Positions 47,066 through 58,343 of a stretch of DNA of 64,000 nucleotides are shown here, in pieces (the first letter of the stretch is position 1; every line of letters starts with the position of its first letter). The notes under the pieces are model-generated. The model worked only from the letters and a program-made list of their open reading frames with translations. It made no database searches and was not told where the DNA came from. The translations under genes were made by a program, and so were the position numbers. The stretch comes from Chlorobiota bacterium (GTDB lineage: Bacteria > Bacteroidota > Ignavibacteria > Kapaibacteriales > UBA2268): assembly GCA_034670025.1 (NCBI GenBank), contig JAXMOE010000001.1:737995-801994 (forward strand), in the 5' to 3' direction.

Positions 47066-48391
47066 TTAAGTACCACTATTATAATCATCTATGTATTTAA
47101 TTTGCTCTTCTGTTAAGCTATCAATGGCCATATTCATAGTAGCTAATTTAGTTTCAGCTACAAACTCATCTTGTTCCACAGGAATTTCAATTACAGAGTT
47201 TGGTAACTTCTCCCCTTTCGTATGAGCTTGTGCCAATGCAACGTGAGATAAGAATTGATTTGCAAATGACATATCCATTACTTCAGAAGGGTGACCTTCA
47301 GCTGCTGCAAGATTAATTAATCTACCTTGAGCTAGTAAGAATATTTTATTGCCATTTTTCAATGTATATTCTTCGCAATTTTCTCTTATCGTTCTCTTAG
47401 AAACTGCAATTTCTTCAAGTTCTGGTATGTTAATTTCACTATCATAATGACCAGTATTACAAACAATTGCACCATCACGCATATTTTCAAAGTGCTCTTT
47501 TCTTATAATATCTTTAACACCAGTTGCAGTACAGAATATATCGCCTACTTTTGAAGCTTCATCCATAGTCAATACTTCATGACCATTAAGAACACCTTTC
47601 ATAGCAGCAGTTGGCTTAACTTCAGTAATCATTACATTTGAACCCATACCTTTTGCTCTAAGTGCAACACCTGAACCACAGTGACCGTGTCCTGCAACTA
47701 CAAAGTTTTTACCAGCTAAAAGAACTGAAGTAGCTCTTATAATTCCATCTAAAGTAGATTGACCAGTACCGTATACATTGTCAAAATCCCATTTCGTTTC
47801 AGCATCATTAACAGCGTAAACTGGGTAATATAATTCACCAGCTTCTTCACGAGAGCGAAGTCTATGAATACCAGTAGTAGTTTCTTCAGTTCCACCAACT
47901 ACATGGTTTTGTGCCATATCTTTATATTTTTCGTGAACTGTATTGATTAAATCACAGCCATCATCTAAAGTTAAGTGTGGTTTGCAATCTATAGTTCTTT
48001 CAATACACCAGTAAAAGTCTGGTCCATTGTCGTACCATGCGAAAATGTTAATACCTTCTTCAGCAAGAGCAGCGGCAACAGCATCATTAGTTGAAAGTGG
48101 GTTACAACCCGACCACCAAACTTCTGCACCAGCTTCTTTTAAAGATCTAATTAAAATTCCTGTTTCTTTAGTCACGTGAAGACAACCAGAAATAATATAA
48201 CCTTCCAAAGGTTTTGTTTTCTTATACTCTTCTCTTAATTGATTCATTACAGGCATTCTAGACTCTGCCCAATCAAGTAACAACCTACCTTTTTCAGCTA
48301 GATTAATATCTCTAACACAATACTTACCAGGCACTTCTGATAGTTTTCCTTGTTCAGCTTTCGCTGGTATGTTTTCAGTCATATTTGACAT
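47066..48391 (-). CDS. ahcY: Adenosylhomocysteinase
   Basis: GGTEETTTGIHRL, NAD-binding VVAGHGHCGSGVALRAKGMG, and NTGHYDSEI. Confidence 0.92.
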   Translation of the reverse strand: MSNMTENIPAKAEQGKLSEVPGKYCVRDINLAEKGRLLLDWAESRMPVMNQLREEYKKTKPLEGYIISGCLHVTKETGILIRSLKEAGAEVWWSGCNPLSTNDAVAAALAEEGINIFAWYDNGPDFYWCIERTIDCKPHLTLDDGCDLINTVHEKYKDMAQNHVVGGTEETTTGIHRLRSREEAGELYYPVYAVNDAETKWDFDNVYGTGQSTLDGIIRATSVLLAGKNFVVAGHGHCGSGVALRAKGMGSNVMITEVKPTAAMKGVLNGHEVLTMDEASKVGDIFCTATGVKDIIRKEHFENMRDGAIVCNTGHYDSEINIPELEEIAVSKRTIRENCEEYTLKNGNKIFLLAQGRLINLAAAEGHPSEVMDMSFANQFLSHVALAQAHTKGEKLPNSVIEIPVEQDEFVAETKLATMNMAIDSLTEEQIKYIDDYNSGT

Positions 48392-48464
48392 ATTTTTAAC
48401 ACCGTAGTTTTTAATTTAAGTTTAATTTTATTTTTTTCTTTTAACGTATATACTAATTATATAT

Positions 48465-49091
48465 TTAGAACACTTTATCAATTACTTGACTTATTGTCTC
48501 CCAATTGAATCCTCTTCGTTTTAGAAAACTTATTACTAAATCCTTTTGTTTTGATTTTGGTTTATAGTGTATTTTCTTTTGATGCTTCATTGCAGCTCTT
48601 AAAGCTAAATCAAACAAATCGAATTCATCATATATCTTTCTTATAGAATTAGTAACCAATTCTTCAGATAATCCTTTTTTCTTAAGTTCATTTTCAAGTT
48701 TAAATTTACCTGACGGTTTTCTTTCTAGATAACTTCTAACATAAGATTTAGTAAACTTTTCATCATCAAGCAATTTGTATCTATAAAGAAATTCAATAGC
48801 AATTTCGATTACATCACTATCGAACTCTTTATCTTGTAGTCTTTTCTTGACTTCATATTCTGAGCGGGGTTTATAAGATACAAAGCTATAAGCTTTTTGT
48901 TTAGCATCAACTACATCTTGCTTTTTCAAAGCATCAGTAATATCTGTATCTGTAAGCTTTGCCCCTACACTTATTTGACTCTTGGATATAATGTCTAAGT
49001 CTAAGAGTATATAGTCATTTGTCTCATCCTTAAAATTGATAAAATACTTTTTCGAGTACTTTTTCTTATTTATAGATTTAACTTCATGCAT
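48465..49091 (-). CDS. recX: Recombination regulator RecX
   Basis: Immediately follows recA (1-nt overlap). Repeated three-helix modules with RSEYEVKKRL, LLDDEKF and LKKKGLSEELV. Confidence 0.75.
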   Translation of the reverse strand: MHEVKSINKKKYSKKYFINFKDETNDYILLDLDIISKSQISVGAKLTDTDITDALKKQDVVDAKQKAYSFVSYKPRSEYEVKKRLQDKEFDSDVIEIAIEFLYRYKLLDDEKFTKSYVRSYLERKPSGKFKLENELKKKGLSEELVTNSIRKIYDEFDLFDLALRAAMKHQKKIHYKPKSKQKDLVISFLKRRGFNWETISQVIDKVF

Positions 49092-50155
49092 TACTTATCG
49101 GTATCAGATTCTTTTTTTTCTTTTTTAGGAACAATTTTTTCTAATACTTGAGCTTCTAAGCTGTCCATTAGTTTACTATCTTCTTGGATTAATTTTTTAA
49201 GAGCATCTCTTCCCTGTACTCGTTCTTCACCAAATGTGTACCAAGAACCAGATTTGTTTACAATTCCATGCTTAGTAGCAACATCGACCATGTCCCCTAC
49301 CTTAGAAATACCTTCATTGTACATAATATCAAATTCTGTTTCTTTGAAAGGTGGAGCTACTTTGTTCTTTAATACTTTTACTCTGACTTTGTTACCAACT
49401 ATTTCTGAACCTTCTTTAAGGACTTCCTTTCTTCTGATATCTAACCTAACTGAAGCATAAAATTTCAGTGCATTTCCACCAGTTGTAGTTTCAGGGTTTC
49501 CATATATTACACCAATCTTACTTCTTAATTGATTAGTAAAGATTACAGTTGTTTTAGATTTACCAATAGCTGCATTTAGCTTTCTCATTGCTTGCGACAT
49601 CAACCTTGCTTGTGAGCCCATTTGTGCATCACCCATTTCACCTTCTATTTCTACTCTTGGAGTAAGTGCAGCAACTGAATCGACTACTATTACATCTACC
49701 CCACCAGAACGAACCAAAGTTTCTACAATTTCAAGAGCTTGCTCACCGAACTCAGGTTGAGATAATAATAAATTATTCAAATCTACTCCTAATCTCTGTG
49801 CATAGTTAATGTCGAGTGCATGCTCAGTATCAACAAAAGCAGCCAATCCCCCGGCTTTTTGTGCTTCTGCTATAACATGTAAACATACTGTAGTTTTACC
49901 AGAAGACTCTGGTCCAAATATCTCCACTATTCTACCTCTTGGTATTCCACCGACCCCAATAGCAGCATCCAATGACATACAGCCAGTCGAAATAGCTTCT
50001 ACATCAACGACTTGTTGGTCACTTAAGCGCATAATAGAACCTTTACCATGTTGCCTTTCTATCTGCTCCATAGCAAGATCAACAGCTTTTAACTTATCTG
50101 GATTAATCTCTACACCAATCTTAGATGATTTTTCTTTTTTTGCCATAATTTTCAT
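49091..50155 (-). CDS. recA: Recombinase RecA
   Basis: Walker [20 protein letters not shown], and the L2 loop region [24 protein letters not shown]. An alternative ATG lies at 50146. Confidence 0.98.
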   Translation of the reverse strand: MKIMAKKEKSSKIGVEINPDKLKAVDLAMEQIERQHGKGSIMRLSDQQVVDVEAISTGCMSLDAAIGVGGIPRGRIVEIFGPESSGKTTVCLHVIAEAQKAGGLAAFVDTEHALDINYAQRLGVDLNNLLLSQPEFGEQALEIVETLVRSGGVDVIVVDSVAALTPRVEIEGEMGDAQMGSQARLMSQAMRKLNAAIGKSKTTVIFTNQLRSKIGVIYGNPETTTGGNALKFYASVRLDIRRKEVLKEGSEIVGNKVRVKVLKNKVAPPFKETEFDIMYNEGISKVGDMVDVATKHGIVNKSGSWYTFGEERVQGRDALKKLIQEDSKLMDSLEAQVLEKIVPKKEKKESDTDK

Positions 50156-50206
50156 TACCTTTTATTTTGCATTTTATACTATACTAATTTAATAAATTAT
50201 AGTGAG

Positions 50207-50230
50207 TATGTCATAAAGCTAACTGACATA
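50207..50230. promoter_or_regulatory. Dyad symmetry TATGTCA-N10-TGACATA upstream of recA
   Basis: Perfect 7-bp arms, 52-60 nt upstream of the recA start. No T-run follows on the minus strand. Confidence 0.3.
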
Positions 50231-50268
50231 ATCACCATTTCTTTTCAACATATTTTATTAAATACTAA

Positions 50269-50889
50269 CTAATAATTCAATTTACTTTTCCAAGGGGATG
50301 GAAGCTGCCAATCATATTTCACAGCTAATAGACGAAATATAACCACTGTTAGAAGAGAAATTACTTCGATATAAGACTGTTGTACATTTAAACTACTTAA
50401 AATAAAAAATAAGGTTCCACCAACAATGCAAGCTGTAGCATAAATTTCTTTTTCAAATATCAATGGAATATTGTTTAGTGAAATATCTCTAATCACACCA
50501 CCAAAACATGCTGTCATTGTACCTAAAGCAACACAAGTAATAGGTGTAAAATCGAGAGTTATACCAGTTTGAATACCAGCTAAAGTAAAGAAACCTAAAC
50601 CTATGGAATCAAACAATAATAATATTTTGTGGTAATTAAGTATTACATTAGTGAACAATAAAGCAGAAAGTGTACTCAGCAATACGACTAACCCATAATT
50701 CATATCCAACATCCACTTTACAGGTAATTCTCCAATTAGTACATCACGCAATGTGCCTCCACCCATTGCAGTAACAAAAGCAATGATAAATATTCCAAAA
50801 AGATCTAATCTCTTTTCCATTGCCGCAAAAGCACCAGCAATGCTAAATGCAGCTGTTCCTGCAATTTCAATTATTTTTACTGATTCCAT
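50269..50889 (-). CDS. Trimeric intracellular cation channel-like membrane protein (UPF0126/YadS family)
   Basis: Duplicated three-TM repeats, each with a glycine motif (GGGTLRDVL and FGGVIRDI). Confidence 0.75.
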   Translation of the reverse strand: MESVKIIEIAGTAAFSIAGAFAAMEKRLDLFGIFIIAFVTAMGGGTLRDVLIGELPVKWMLDMNYGLVVLLSTLSALLFTNVILNYHKILLLFDSIGLGFFTLAGIQTGITLDFTPITCVALGTMTACFGGVIRDISLNNIPLIFEKEIYATACIVGGTLFFILSSLNVQQSYIEVISLLTVVIFRLLAVKYDWQLPSPWKSKLNY

Positions 50890-51090
50890 TTTCTCTCTAT
50901 AAGTAATAATTATAATTAGAAATTATTTAACAATGTAACTAAATTTACAATTTTTTTAATAATCTCTATTTTCCAAACTTAATATAATTATTATTCAATA
51001 TTGAGTTTTGTATTTATATACTATTTAGTTCAACATAATTATTTTTATTAATTTGACCATAATTATGAATCAAAATAAAAGAAAATATAA

Positions 51091-52362
51091 ATGAATATAT
51101 TAGTAATTGGAAGTGGTGGAAGAGAACACGCTCTTGGTTTTAAACTGTATAATACTGGTGAAAATAAAGTTTTTTGCAATCCCGGTAATCCTGGTACTGA
51201 GCAATTCGCAGAAAATTTTAGATTTGACATAAATGATGAGCATGAATTAATTTCATTCTGTGAAAATAACAACATAGATTTAGTTGTAATTGGACCTGAA
51301 CAACCATTAGCTGATGGGATAGTTGACACTTTAAACAAACATATTATTAACTGCTTTGGCCCAAACAAATATGCTTCACAATTAGAATCTTCAAAATCAT
51401 TTGCCAAGAAATTCATGGAAGAATTTGATATTCCAACAGCTGGCTATAAAGTATTTGATAAAAATGAAAAAGATTCTGCTTACGCTTATATTGACACTTT
51501 CAACTCTCAAATAGTTCTCAAAGCCGACGGTTTAGCTGGTGGTAAAGGGGTCTTTATTTGTAACAGTAAGACAGAAGCAAAAACAACTTTAGATGAATTT
51601 TTCGAAGGTAAATTCAGTGAAGCTAGTGAAACAGTAGTGATAGAAGAGTTTCTAAATGGTGTAGAAGCATCTGTTTTTGCAATTTGTGATGGTGAAGACT
51701 ATGTATTACTCCCTCCTTCCCAAGATTACAAGCGTGCTAAAGATGGTGATTTGGGTTTAAATACTGGTGGGATGGGTTCATTCGCCCCAACTCCTTATGT
51801 AAATAGAGAAGTATTAGATAAAATAGCTAAACAGGTGGTTGAACCAACTTTGAAAGGTATGAAGGCACGAGGAACTGAGTTCAAAGGATGTCTGTTTTGT
51901 GGGCTTATGGTTTATGATAATCAGGCAAAAGTAATTGAGTTCAATGTTCGTTTTGGTGACCCAGAAACTCAATCAGTTCTATCTCTTTTAGATGGAGATT
52001 TGGCTGAATTATTCTTATCTGCATCAAAAGGTAGGATTAACAAAAAGTCAATTTCTATAAAAAAGAATAAATCTGCTTGTACTGTTATTCTTGCTGCCGA
52101 AGGATATCCCGAATCATATAATAAAGGTTTTATTATAAAGGGATTGAAAAACAATAGTGAATTAGTAAATAAATATATTTTTCACGCTGGTACTAAGAAT
52201 GTAGATGGAAATACAGTGAATAGCGGTGGACGAGTATTAGCCGTTACAGCTATTGCTAACTCTATAAGTGAAGCAAAAGACAATGCCTACAACCTTGCAG
52301 AGGGAATTGAATTTGAAAATAAATATTTTAGAAATGACATAGCTGCCAATATAGACGAATGA
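51091..52362 (+). CDS. purD: Phosphoribosylamine--glycine ligase
   Basis: MNILVIGSGGREHAL start, ADGLAGGKGV, NVRFGDPETQ and SGGRVLAVTA. Confidence 0.96.
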   Translation: MNILVIGSGGREHALGFKLYNTGENKVFCNPGNPGTEQFAENFRFDINDEHELISFCENNNIDLVVIGPEQPLADGIVDTLNKHIINCFGPNKYASQLESSKSFAKKFMEEFDIPTAGYKVFDKNEKDSAYAYIDTFNSQIVLKADGLAGGKGVFICNSKTEAKTTLDEFFEGKFSEASETVVIEEFLNGVEASVFAICDGEDYVLLPPSQDYKRAKDGDLGLNTGGMGSFAPTPYVNREVLDKIAKQVVEPTLKGMKARGTEFKGCLFCGLMVYDNQAKVIEFNVRFGDPETQSVLSLLDGDLAELFLSASKGRINKKSISIKKNKSACTVILAAEGYPESYNKGFIIKGLKNNSELVNKYIFHAGTKNVDGNTVNSGGRVLAVTAIANSISEAKDNAYNLAEGIEFENKYFRNDIAANIDE

Positions 52363-52748
52363 GTGATTTATTAATATTTGATGGAGATTGTGGGATTTGT
52401 ACTACTACAGCTGAATATATTAAGAAGAGATCAAATGAAAGTTTCATTAAAGTCAAACCATATCAAGTGTTAAATCTAAATGAAATTCATAATGAATTGA
52501 ACGCAGTAAAGACTTCAAAATCAGTATATTTCTATGAAGTAAATACATCAAGAATTTACTCAAAAAGTAAAGCTGTGTTTATGGCTTTAAAAAAGATGAA
52601 TGGTGTGTATAAAGTAATGGGCTATCTTTTAGATAACCCATTATTTGTTTTTATTTCAAATCCTATTTACAATCTCATTGCCAAAAACAGAACAAAAATA
52701 TCTAAACTCTTTGGACTCAATGCTTGCAAAATTGAAAGCTACAAGTAA
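52359..52748 (+). CDS. Thiol-disulfide oxidoreductase DCC family (DUF393)
   Basis: The N-terminal FDGDCGICT motif (DxxCxxC). ATGA overlap with purD. Confidence 0.75.
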   Translation: MSDLLIFDGDCGICTTTAEYIKKRSNESFIKVKPYQVLNLNEIHNELNAVKTSKSVYFYEVNTSRIYSKSKAVFMALKKMNGVYKVMGYLLDNPLFVFISNPIYNLIAKNRTKISKLFGLNACKIESYK

Positions 52749-52751
52749 GTT

Positions 52752-54791
52752 TTATTTATGATTAGATTCAATATGTTCTAATAGTATTTCAGAAATATCT
52801 TTCACTTCTACGCCTTCAGCACCAGAGTTACCTACACCATCATTTATCATCGTCATGCAGAATGGACAATTGAGAGCAATTGTTTTTGCTCCAGTACTGA
52901 GTAACTCTTCAGTTCTCTCGGCATTAACACGTTTACCTTCAGTCTCTTCCATAAACATTTGAGCACCACCAGCACCACAACAAAGCCCTTTGTCCTTTGT
53001 TCTTTGTGGTTCTAATACTGTAAGGCCTGGTATATTTTTAATAGTATTTCTTGGTGAATCATAAGTATTATTCATTCTACCTAAGTAACAAGAATCGTGG
53101 AATACAACACTTAGTTCTTTCTTAATATCATGATTGAATGGTAGCTTACCTTCATCAATTAGACTATCTAAGAAATCGGAGTGGTGAATTACTTCATAAT
53201 TACCACCAAAATCAGGATACTCATTTTTCAATGTATTGAAGCAGTGTGGGCATGTAGTTACGATCTTATTTACATTGTAGTTACCCATCGTTTCTATATT
53301 CATTTTTACATACATATCTGCCAGATACTCATTACCACCCCTTCTCGCAGGGTCACCATTACAAGATTCTTCTTTACCTAATATGGCAAAGTTTATATCC
53401 GCAATGTTCATCAACTTCGCAAATGATTGAGTGATATTTTTTGACCTGTCATCGAAACTACCAGAACAACCAACCCAGAATAAGATATCAAATTCAGGCT
53501 TATCAGCTGCTTCTTGTACATCCATTCCTTCAGCCCAATCAGCTCTTTCCTCTTGCGGGAATGCCCATGGTGCAGCGTTATTTTCTATATTGTTAAATGC
53601 ACCAGCAAGCTCTTGTGGGAAGTCTGCTTCCATCATCACTAATGATCGACGCATACCAACAATAACAGGTACGTGTTCTATGTTCACAGGACATTCTTCC
53701 ATACAAGCAGCACAAGTAGTACATTGCCACAATGCTTCTGGTTTTACGTAATCTCCAACTAATTTTTTATCTAATAATGTCTGTTCTTCTTCTGTTGGTT
53801 CGTAATCTTTTCCTTCTTTTGCAGCTTCCTTTTGTTTAAGTTTTATTGGAGCAACATCTTCTGTTCTGTTTCTTACTTGAACAATTATCTCACGTGGATC
53901 TAATATTTTTCCTGTCTGGTTAGCTGGACAAACGCTCGTACATCTACCACAGTGAGTACAAGTGTAGCCATCTAATAGACTTTTCCAAGATAAATCTTCA
54001 ATATCCGAAACACCGTAAGATTCTACACTTTCATCTTCAAAGTCAATTGGTTCTAATTTGTTTGTTGGACCTATATTTGAGAAATATACATTTAGCACGC
54101 TTGTAAGTACGTGTAAGTGTTTAGAATACGGAAGGAAGTTCATAAATGCTAATATCAGTATTATATGAAGCCACCAAGCTACATTATAAATAACACTTGC
54201 GGCAGAAACACTAAATATTGGTGCTAATGCAGATGCTAAAGGACTTACTGCCCAAGTCGGGTGTGTTCCCATAGCTATCATAGCAGCATTTTCAAAAAGT
54301 AATGAAGTTACAATGAAGAAAATGGTAACCAATATAGCTGCGGCCTCTAATTTCTCATCTTTATCTTTTGGTAATCTTTCTATTTTCATGACATAACGTC
54401 TATACAAAGCACCCAAAACTGCAATAATAATAAGTGCGATAAAGATGTCAGTTAGAATAGTTATTACACTATAAATAGGGCCTAAATAATTGAAAATATT
54501 GATTATTCCAAATCCAGTAAGTACAGAGTTAATAGCTGAGAATAGTAATATTAGGAATCCCCAAAAAATACCTGCGTGTATTGGGCCTGCTTTTTTGTCT
54601 CTAAGTATCTTCTTTTGACCAATAGCAACAATAAGAGTCTGTTTTATTCTCTCACCAACATTATCAAATCTATTATCATCTTTACCTATCTTTAGCCAAT
54701 CTATTAGTCTTTTGACATTGGTGGCAAAAAATATTCCTGCACCAATGAAAATTATTAGAAAAGCTACATTCTTTATTCCAAATTCAAACAT
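52752..54791 (-). CDS. Membrane-anchored Fe-S oxidoreductase (NarI-like TM domain + two 4Fe-4S ferredoxin motifs + two CCG domains)
   Basis: About 5 N-terminal TM helices. CTHCGRCTSVCP and CTTCAACMEECP. CCG-type cysteine motifs WVGCSG, TTCPHCFNT, HDSCYLGR and GLCCGAGG. Confidence 0.8.
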   Translation of the reverse strand: MFEFGIKNVAFLIIFIGAGIFFATNVKRLIDWLKIGKDDNRFDNVGERIKQTLIVAIGQKKILRDKKAGPIHAGIFWGFLILLFSAINSVLTGFGIINIFNYLGPIYSVITILTDIFIALIIIAVLGALYRRYVMKIERLPKDKDEKLEAAAILVTIFFIVTSLLFENAAMIAMGTHPTWAVSPLASALAPIFSVSAASVIYNVAWWLHIILILAFMNFLPYSKHLHVLTSVLNVYFSNIGPTNKLEPIDFEDESVESYGVSDIEDLSWKSLLDGYTCTHCGRCTSVCPANQTGKILDPREIIVQVRNRTEDVAPIKLKQKEAAKEGKDYEPTEEEQTLLDKKLVGDYVKPEALWQCTTCAACMEECPVNIEHVPVIVGMRRSLVMMEADFPQELAGAFNNIENNAAPWAFPQEERADWAEGMDVQEAADKPEFDILFWVGCSGSFDDRSKNITQSFAKLMNIADINFAILGKEESCNGDPARRGGNEYLADMYVKMNIETMGNYNVNKIVTTCPHCFNTLKNEYPDFGGNYEVIHHSDFLDSLIDEGKLPFNHDIKKELSVVFHDSCYLGRMNNTYDSPRNTIKNIPGLTVLEPQRTKDKGLCCGAGGAQMFMEETEGKRVNAERTEELLSTGAKTIALNCPFCMTMINDGVGNSGAEGVEVKDISEILLEHIESNHK

Positions 54792-54875
54792 TATATTCTT
54801 TTTTTTAGTTTATTATTCTGTTTTTAATATAATTCCAATTACATACAAGTTAAAAATAATTGAGACTTTAAAGTC

Positions 54876-57800
54876 TTACATATTCCTTCTGTACTGCCCA
54901 CCAACTTCATAGAGTGCATTCGATATCTGACCTAATGAACAATACTTAGTTGCTTCCATAAGTGAATCGAATGTGTTACCATTCTCTATAGCCGCTTTTT
55001 TCAATTTGCTTATAGCTTCGTCAGCTTTGTCACTATTTCTTTCTTTAAACTTATTAAGCGTTTCTATAGCAAACTCTTTTTCTTCAGTTGTGGAACGAAT
55101 TACTTCTTTAGGCACTATAGTAGGTGAACCATTTGGGTCTAAGTAAGTGTTTACACCAATAAGTGGCAACTCACCGCTATGTTTCTTATGCTCGTAATAC
55201 ATTGATTCTTCTTGAATTTTAGAACGTTGGTACATCCTTTCCATAGCTCCAAGAACACCACCTCTTTCCGAGATACTTTGGAATTCTTTCAGTACAGCTT
55301 CCTCTACTAAGTCAGTAAGCTCCTCAATTATGAATGAGCCTTGAATAGGATTTTCATTCTTTGCTAAGCCAAGTTCTTTATTGATAATCATCTGTATTGC
55401 AATTGCTCTTCTTACACTCTCCTCTGTCGGAGTAGTGATTGCTTCATCATAAGCATTTGTGTGCAATGAATTACAATTATCAAATATTGCATAGAGTGCT
55501 TGGAGTGTAGTTCTAATATCATTGAATGCAATTTCTTGTGCGTGTAGTGAACGCCCAGAAGTTTGGATATGGTATTTCAATTTCTGCGAACGAGAATTTC
55601 CACCATATTTGTGCTTCATGGCTTTTGCCCATATCCTTCTTGCTACTCTTCCGATTACAGAGTATTCTGGATCCACTCCATTGGAAAAGAAGAAAGATAA
55701 ATTAGGAGCGAAATCATCAATGTGCATTCCCCTACTTAAGTAATACTCGACATAAGTAAACCCATTTGAGAGGGTTAATGCCAATTGAGTAATAGGGTTA
55801 GCTCCAGCTTCTGCGATATGGTAGCCAGAAATTGACACAGAATAGAAATTCCTAACAGCTTCGTCAATAAAGTATTGCTGTATGTCACCCATCATTCTTA
55901 GAGCAAATTCTGTAGAGAATATACAAGTGTTTTGTGCTTGGTCTTCTTTTAGAATGTCAGCTTGAACTGTGCCACGAACTTTAGTCAATGTTTCAGCTTT
56001 TATTTTCTCATATACTTCAGTATCTAATACCTCATCACCTGTTACACCCAATAGCATAAGTCCGAGACCATTGTTAGTCTTTGGCAAATCACCATTGTAT
56101 TCAGGTCTAGCTACGCCTTTTTCTTTATATGTTTTTTCAATCTTGTTGTTAACTCCTTCTTCAAGACCATTTTCTTTTATATACTTCTCACATTGCTGAT
56201 CAATAGCAGCATTCATAAAGAATCCCAACAGCATAGGTGCTGGACCATTTATAGTCATTGACACAGAAGTCATCGGGCTTGATAAATCAAATCCGGAGTA
56301 AAGTTTTTTTGCATCATCCAATGTAGCTATACTAACACCAGAATTTCCAATTTTTCCATATATATCTGGTCTGTGGTCTGGGTCTTCGCCATATAGTGTA
56401 ACAGAGTCAAACGCTGTTGACAATCTTTTCGCTTCCATATCTGACGAGACATAGTGGAATCTTCTGTTAGTTCTTTCTGGTCCACCTTCACCTGCAAACA
56501 TTCGAGTTGGGTCTTCGTTAATTCGCTTAAGTGGAAATACACCAGCAGAATAAGGGAAAAACCCAGGTACATTTTCTGTTAGAATCCAATTTAGTATATC
56601 TCCCCAATCTTTATATTTTGGTAATGATACTCTTGGAATTTTTGTTCCAGAAAGTGAAGTTCTATATAAATCTTGCTCTAATATTTTATCTCTTACTTTG
56701 AACTGATACTTATCAGCTTTGTAGCGAGCAACTGTTTTCTCCCAAACATCAATTGATTTTCTGCACTCTGGGTCAAGCTGCTGACTGAGTTTTTTGAACT
56801 CATCCATTAAATCACCCAAATAGCCGGGAGCTTCAGTTTTTGATTCTATAGCAGTTACTATTCCATTTTCTTCTTCAATATCTATTTTCTTTTCGCCGAC
56901 ATTGTCATTAATATATTCGATTGTACCTTTCAGTTGATACATCTTCCTTGCGATAGAGACTTGTTTTGCTACGAAATCATTATACTGTTCACTACTTTCT
57001 TTTATTTCAGCTAAGTAACGAACTCTTTCGGGTGGAATAATATATATTTTCTTCGACATCTCATCTGTTACTTCAAATGTGCTGTCAAGGTGTTTAACTT
57101 CAGTTTTTTCGACCAATGTGTCTATAATTCTTTTGTATAAAACATTAGTTCCTGGGTCGTTGAATTGTGAAGCAATAGTACCAAATATTGGCAAGTCTTC
57201 GTCTGGAGTTTCAAACATCAGGTGGTTACGTTTGTATTGCTTTTTCACATCTCTTAGTGCATCTTGAGAGCCACGCTTGTCGAATTTGTTAATGGCAATA
57301 ATGTCTGCAAAATCAAGCATATCAATCTTTTCGAGCTGTGTAGCTGCTCCATATTCAGCAGTCATTACATACATTGATACATCGGAGTGATTTGTAATTT
57401 CTGTGTCCGACTGACCAATACCAGAAGTTTCCACAATAATCATATCAAAATCAGCTGCCTTACAGATATTAATCGCATGCTGAACATGGTTACTCATAGA
57501 TAGATTCGATTGTCTAGTAGCAAGTGAACGCATATAGACTTGATCACTATTGATTGAGTTCATTCTGATTCTATCACCAAGTAATGCGCCACCAGTCTTT
57601 CTTTTAGAAGGATCAACAGAAATTACAGCAATTGATTTATCTTCAAAATCCATAATGAATCTTCGCACTAACTCATCAATCATAGATGATTTACCTGCAC
57701 CACCTGTACCAGTAATACCAAGAACAGGTATTCTACGCTCAATTTTTGATTCTACTTCGCCAACAAAATCAAGATAATCTTCTTCATAATTTTCGGCTGC

Positions 57801-58343
57801 GGTGATTAACCTACCAATTGATTGAGCATCATTTTTGTTCAGATTTTTCAATGAAGTTTTGATAGTATCATCTATCTTTTCGTCATTTACTTTCAATGTA
57901 GAAAAATCGCAACCCTTGATAACATCATTTATCATTCCTTGAAGACCGAGTTCTCTACCATCATCGGGAGAGTACACCCTATCAATACCATATTCTTGTA
58001 ATTCTTCTATTTCTTCTGGAAGGATTGTACCCCCGCCACCAGCATATATTTTTATGTTAGCTCCCCTTTCTTTAATGAGGTCATACATATATTTCAAATA
58101 CTCTGTATGTCCGCCTTGGTATGAAGTTAGGGCTATTCCCTGAGCATCTTCTTGTATTGCGCAATCAACTATTTCGGCAACGCTACGGTTGTGACCGAGG
58201 TGAATTACCTCAGCTCCAGTTGATTGCAAAATACGTCTCATTATGTTGATAGCCACATCGTGACCATCGAATAATGAAGCCGCAGTAACAATACGAATAT
58301 GATGTTCTGGCTTATAAATTTCGATTTTTTTCATTTGAGTCAT
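54876..58343 (-). CDS. icmF: Fused isobutyryl-CoA mutase (B12-binding domain + MeaB-like GTPase + mutase catalytic domain)
   Basis: N-terminal B12 domain [24 protein letters not shown]...[10 protein letters not shown]-loop [12 protein letters not shown] with INKFD. C-terminal mutase TIM-barrel region [16 protein letters not shown]. The domain order and 1155-aa size fit IcmF. Confidence 0.88.
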   Translation of the reverse strand: MTQMKKIEIYKPEHHIRIVTAASLFDGHDVAINIMRRILQSTGAEVIHLGHNRSVAEIVDCAIQEDAQGIALTSYQGGHTEYLKYMYDLIKERGANIKIYAGGGGTILPEEIEELQEYGIDRVYSPDDGRELGLQGMINDVIKGCDFSTLKVNDEKIDDTIKTSLKNLNKNDAQSIGRLITAAENYEEDYLDFVGEVESKIERRIPVLGITGTGGAGKSSMIDELVRRFIMDFEDKSIAVISVDPSKRKTGGALLGDRIRMNSINSDQVYMRSLATRQSNLSMSNHVQHAINICKAADFDMIIVETSGIGQSDTEITNHSDVSMYVMTAEYGAATQLEKIDMLDFADIIAINKFDKRGSQDALRDVKKQYKRNHLMFETPDEDLPIFGTIASQFNDPGTNVLYKRIIDTLVEKTEVKHLDSTFEVTDEMSKKIYIIPPERVRYLAEIKESSEQYNDFVAKQVSIARKMYQLKGTIEYINDNVGEKKIDIEEENGIVTAIESKTEAPGYLGDLMDEFKKLSQQLDPECRKSIDVWEKTVARYKADKYQFKVRDKILEQDLYRTSLSGTKIPRVSLPKYKDWGDILNWILTENVPGFFPYSAGVFPLKRINEDPTRMFAGEGGPERTNRRFHYVSSDMEAKRLSTAFDSVTLYGEDPDHRPDIYGKIGNSGVSIATLDDAKKLYSGFDLSSPMTSVSMTINGPAPMLLGFFMNAAIDQQCEKYIKENGLEEGVNNKIEKTYKEKGVARPEYNGDLPKTNNGLGLMLLGVTGDEVLDTEVYEKIKAETLTKVRGTVQADILKEDQAQNTCIFSTEFALRMMGDIQQYFIDEAVRNFYSVSISGYHIAEAGANPITQLALTLSNGFTYVEYYLSRGMHIDDFAPNLSFFFSNGVDPEYSVIGRVARRIWAKAMKHKYGGNSRSQKLKYHIQTSGRSLHAQEIAFNDIRTTLQALYAIFDNCNSLHTNAYDEAITTPTEESVRRAIAIQMIINKELGLAKNENPIQGSFIIEELTDLVEEAVLKEFQSISERGGVLGAMERMYQRSKIQEESMYYEHKKHSGELPLIGVNTYLDPNGSPTIVPKEVIRSTTEEKEFAIETLNKFKERNSDKADEAISKLKKAAIENGNTFDSLMEATKYCSLGQISNALYEVGGQYRRNM

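Noticed and set aside
48392-51090. SAH riboswitch upstream of ahcY and purine riboswitch upstream of purD
   Set aside because: Both leaders are almost pure A/T, with no conserved junction sequences or GC-containing helices of those classes visible.
51063-51416. 117-aa minus-strand ORF overlapping the purD start
   Set aside because: It is antisense to the highly conserved purD N-terminus, with no motifs.
1613-57777. Many 60-180-aa track ORFs lie antisense to or nested within large conserved genes. Examples: 1613..1813, 2327..2782, 3425..3751, 5650..6063, 8033..8248, 11195..11473, 13750..14289, 15248..15574, 22282..23174, 25301..25561, 34165..34470, 35278..35574, 37266..41798, 43008..44773, 49236..50192, 53181..53751 and 55522..57777.
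   Set aside because: Each is fully overlapped on the opposite strand by a gene with strong family motifs. Their products are low-complexity S/L/I/F-rich strings typical of antisense frames in AT-rich DNA, and they lack independent start context.
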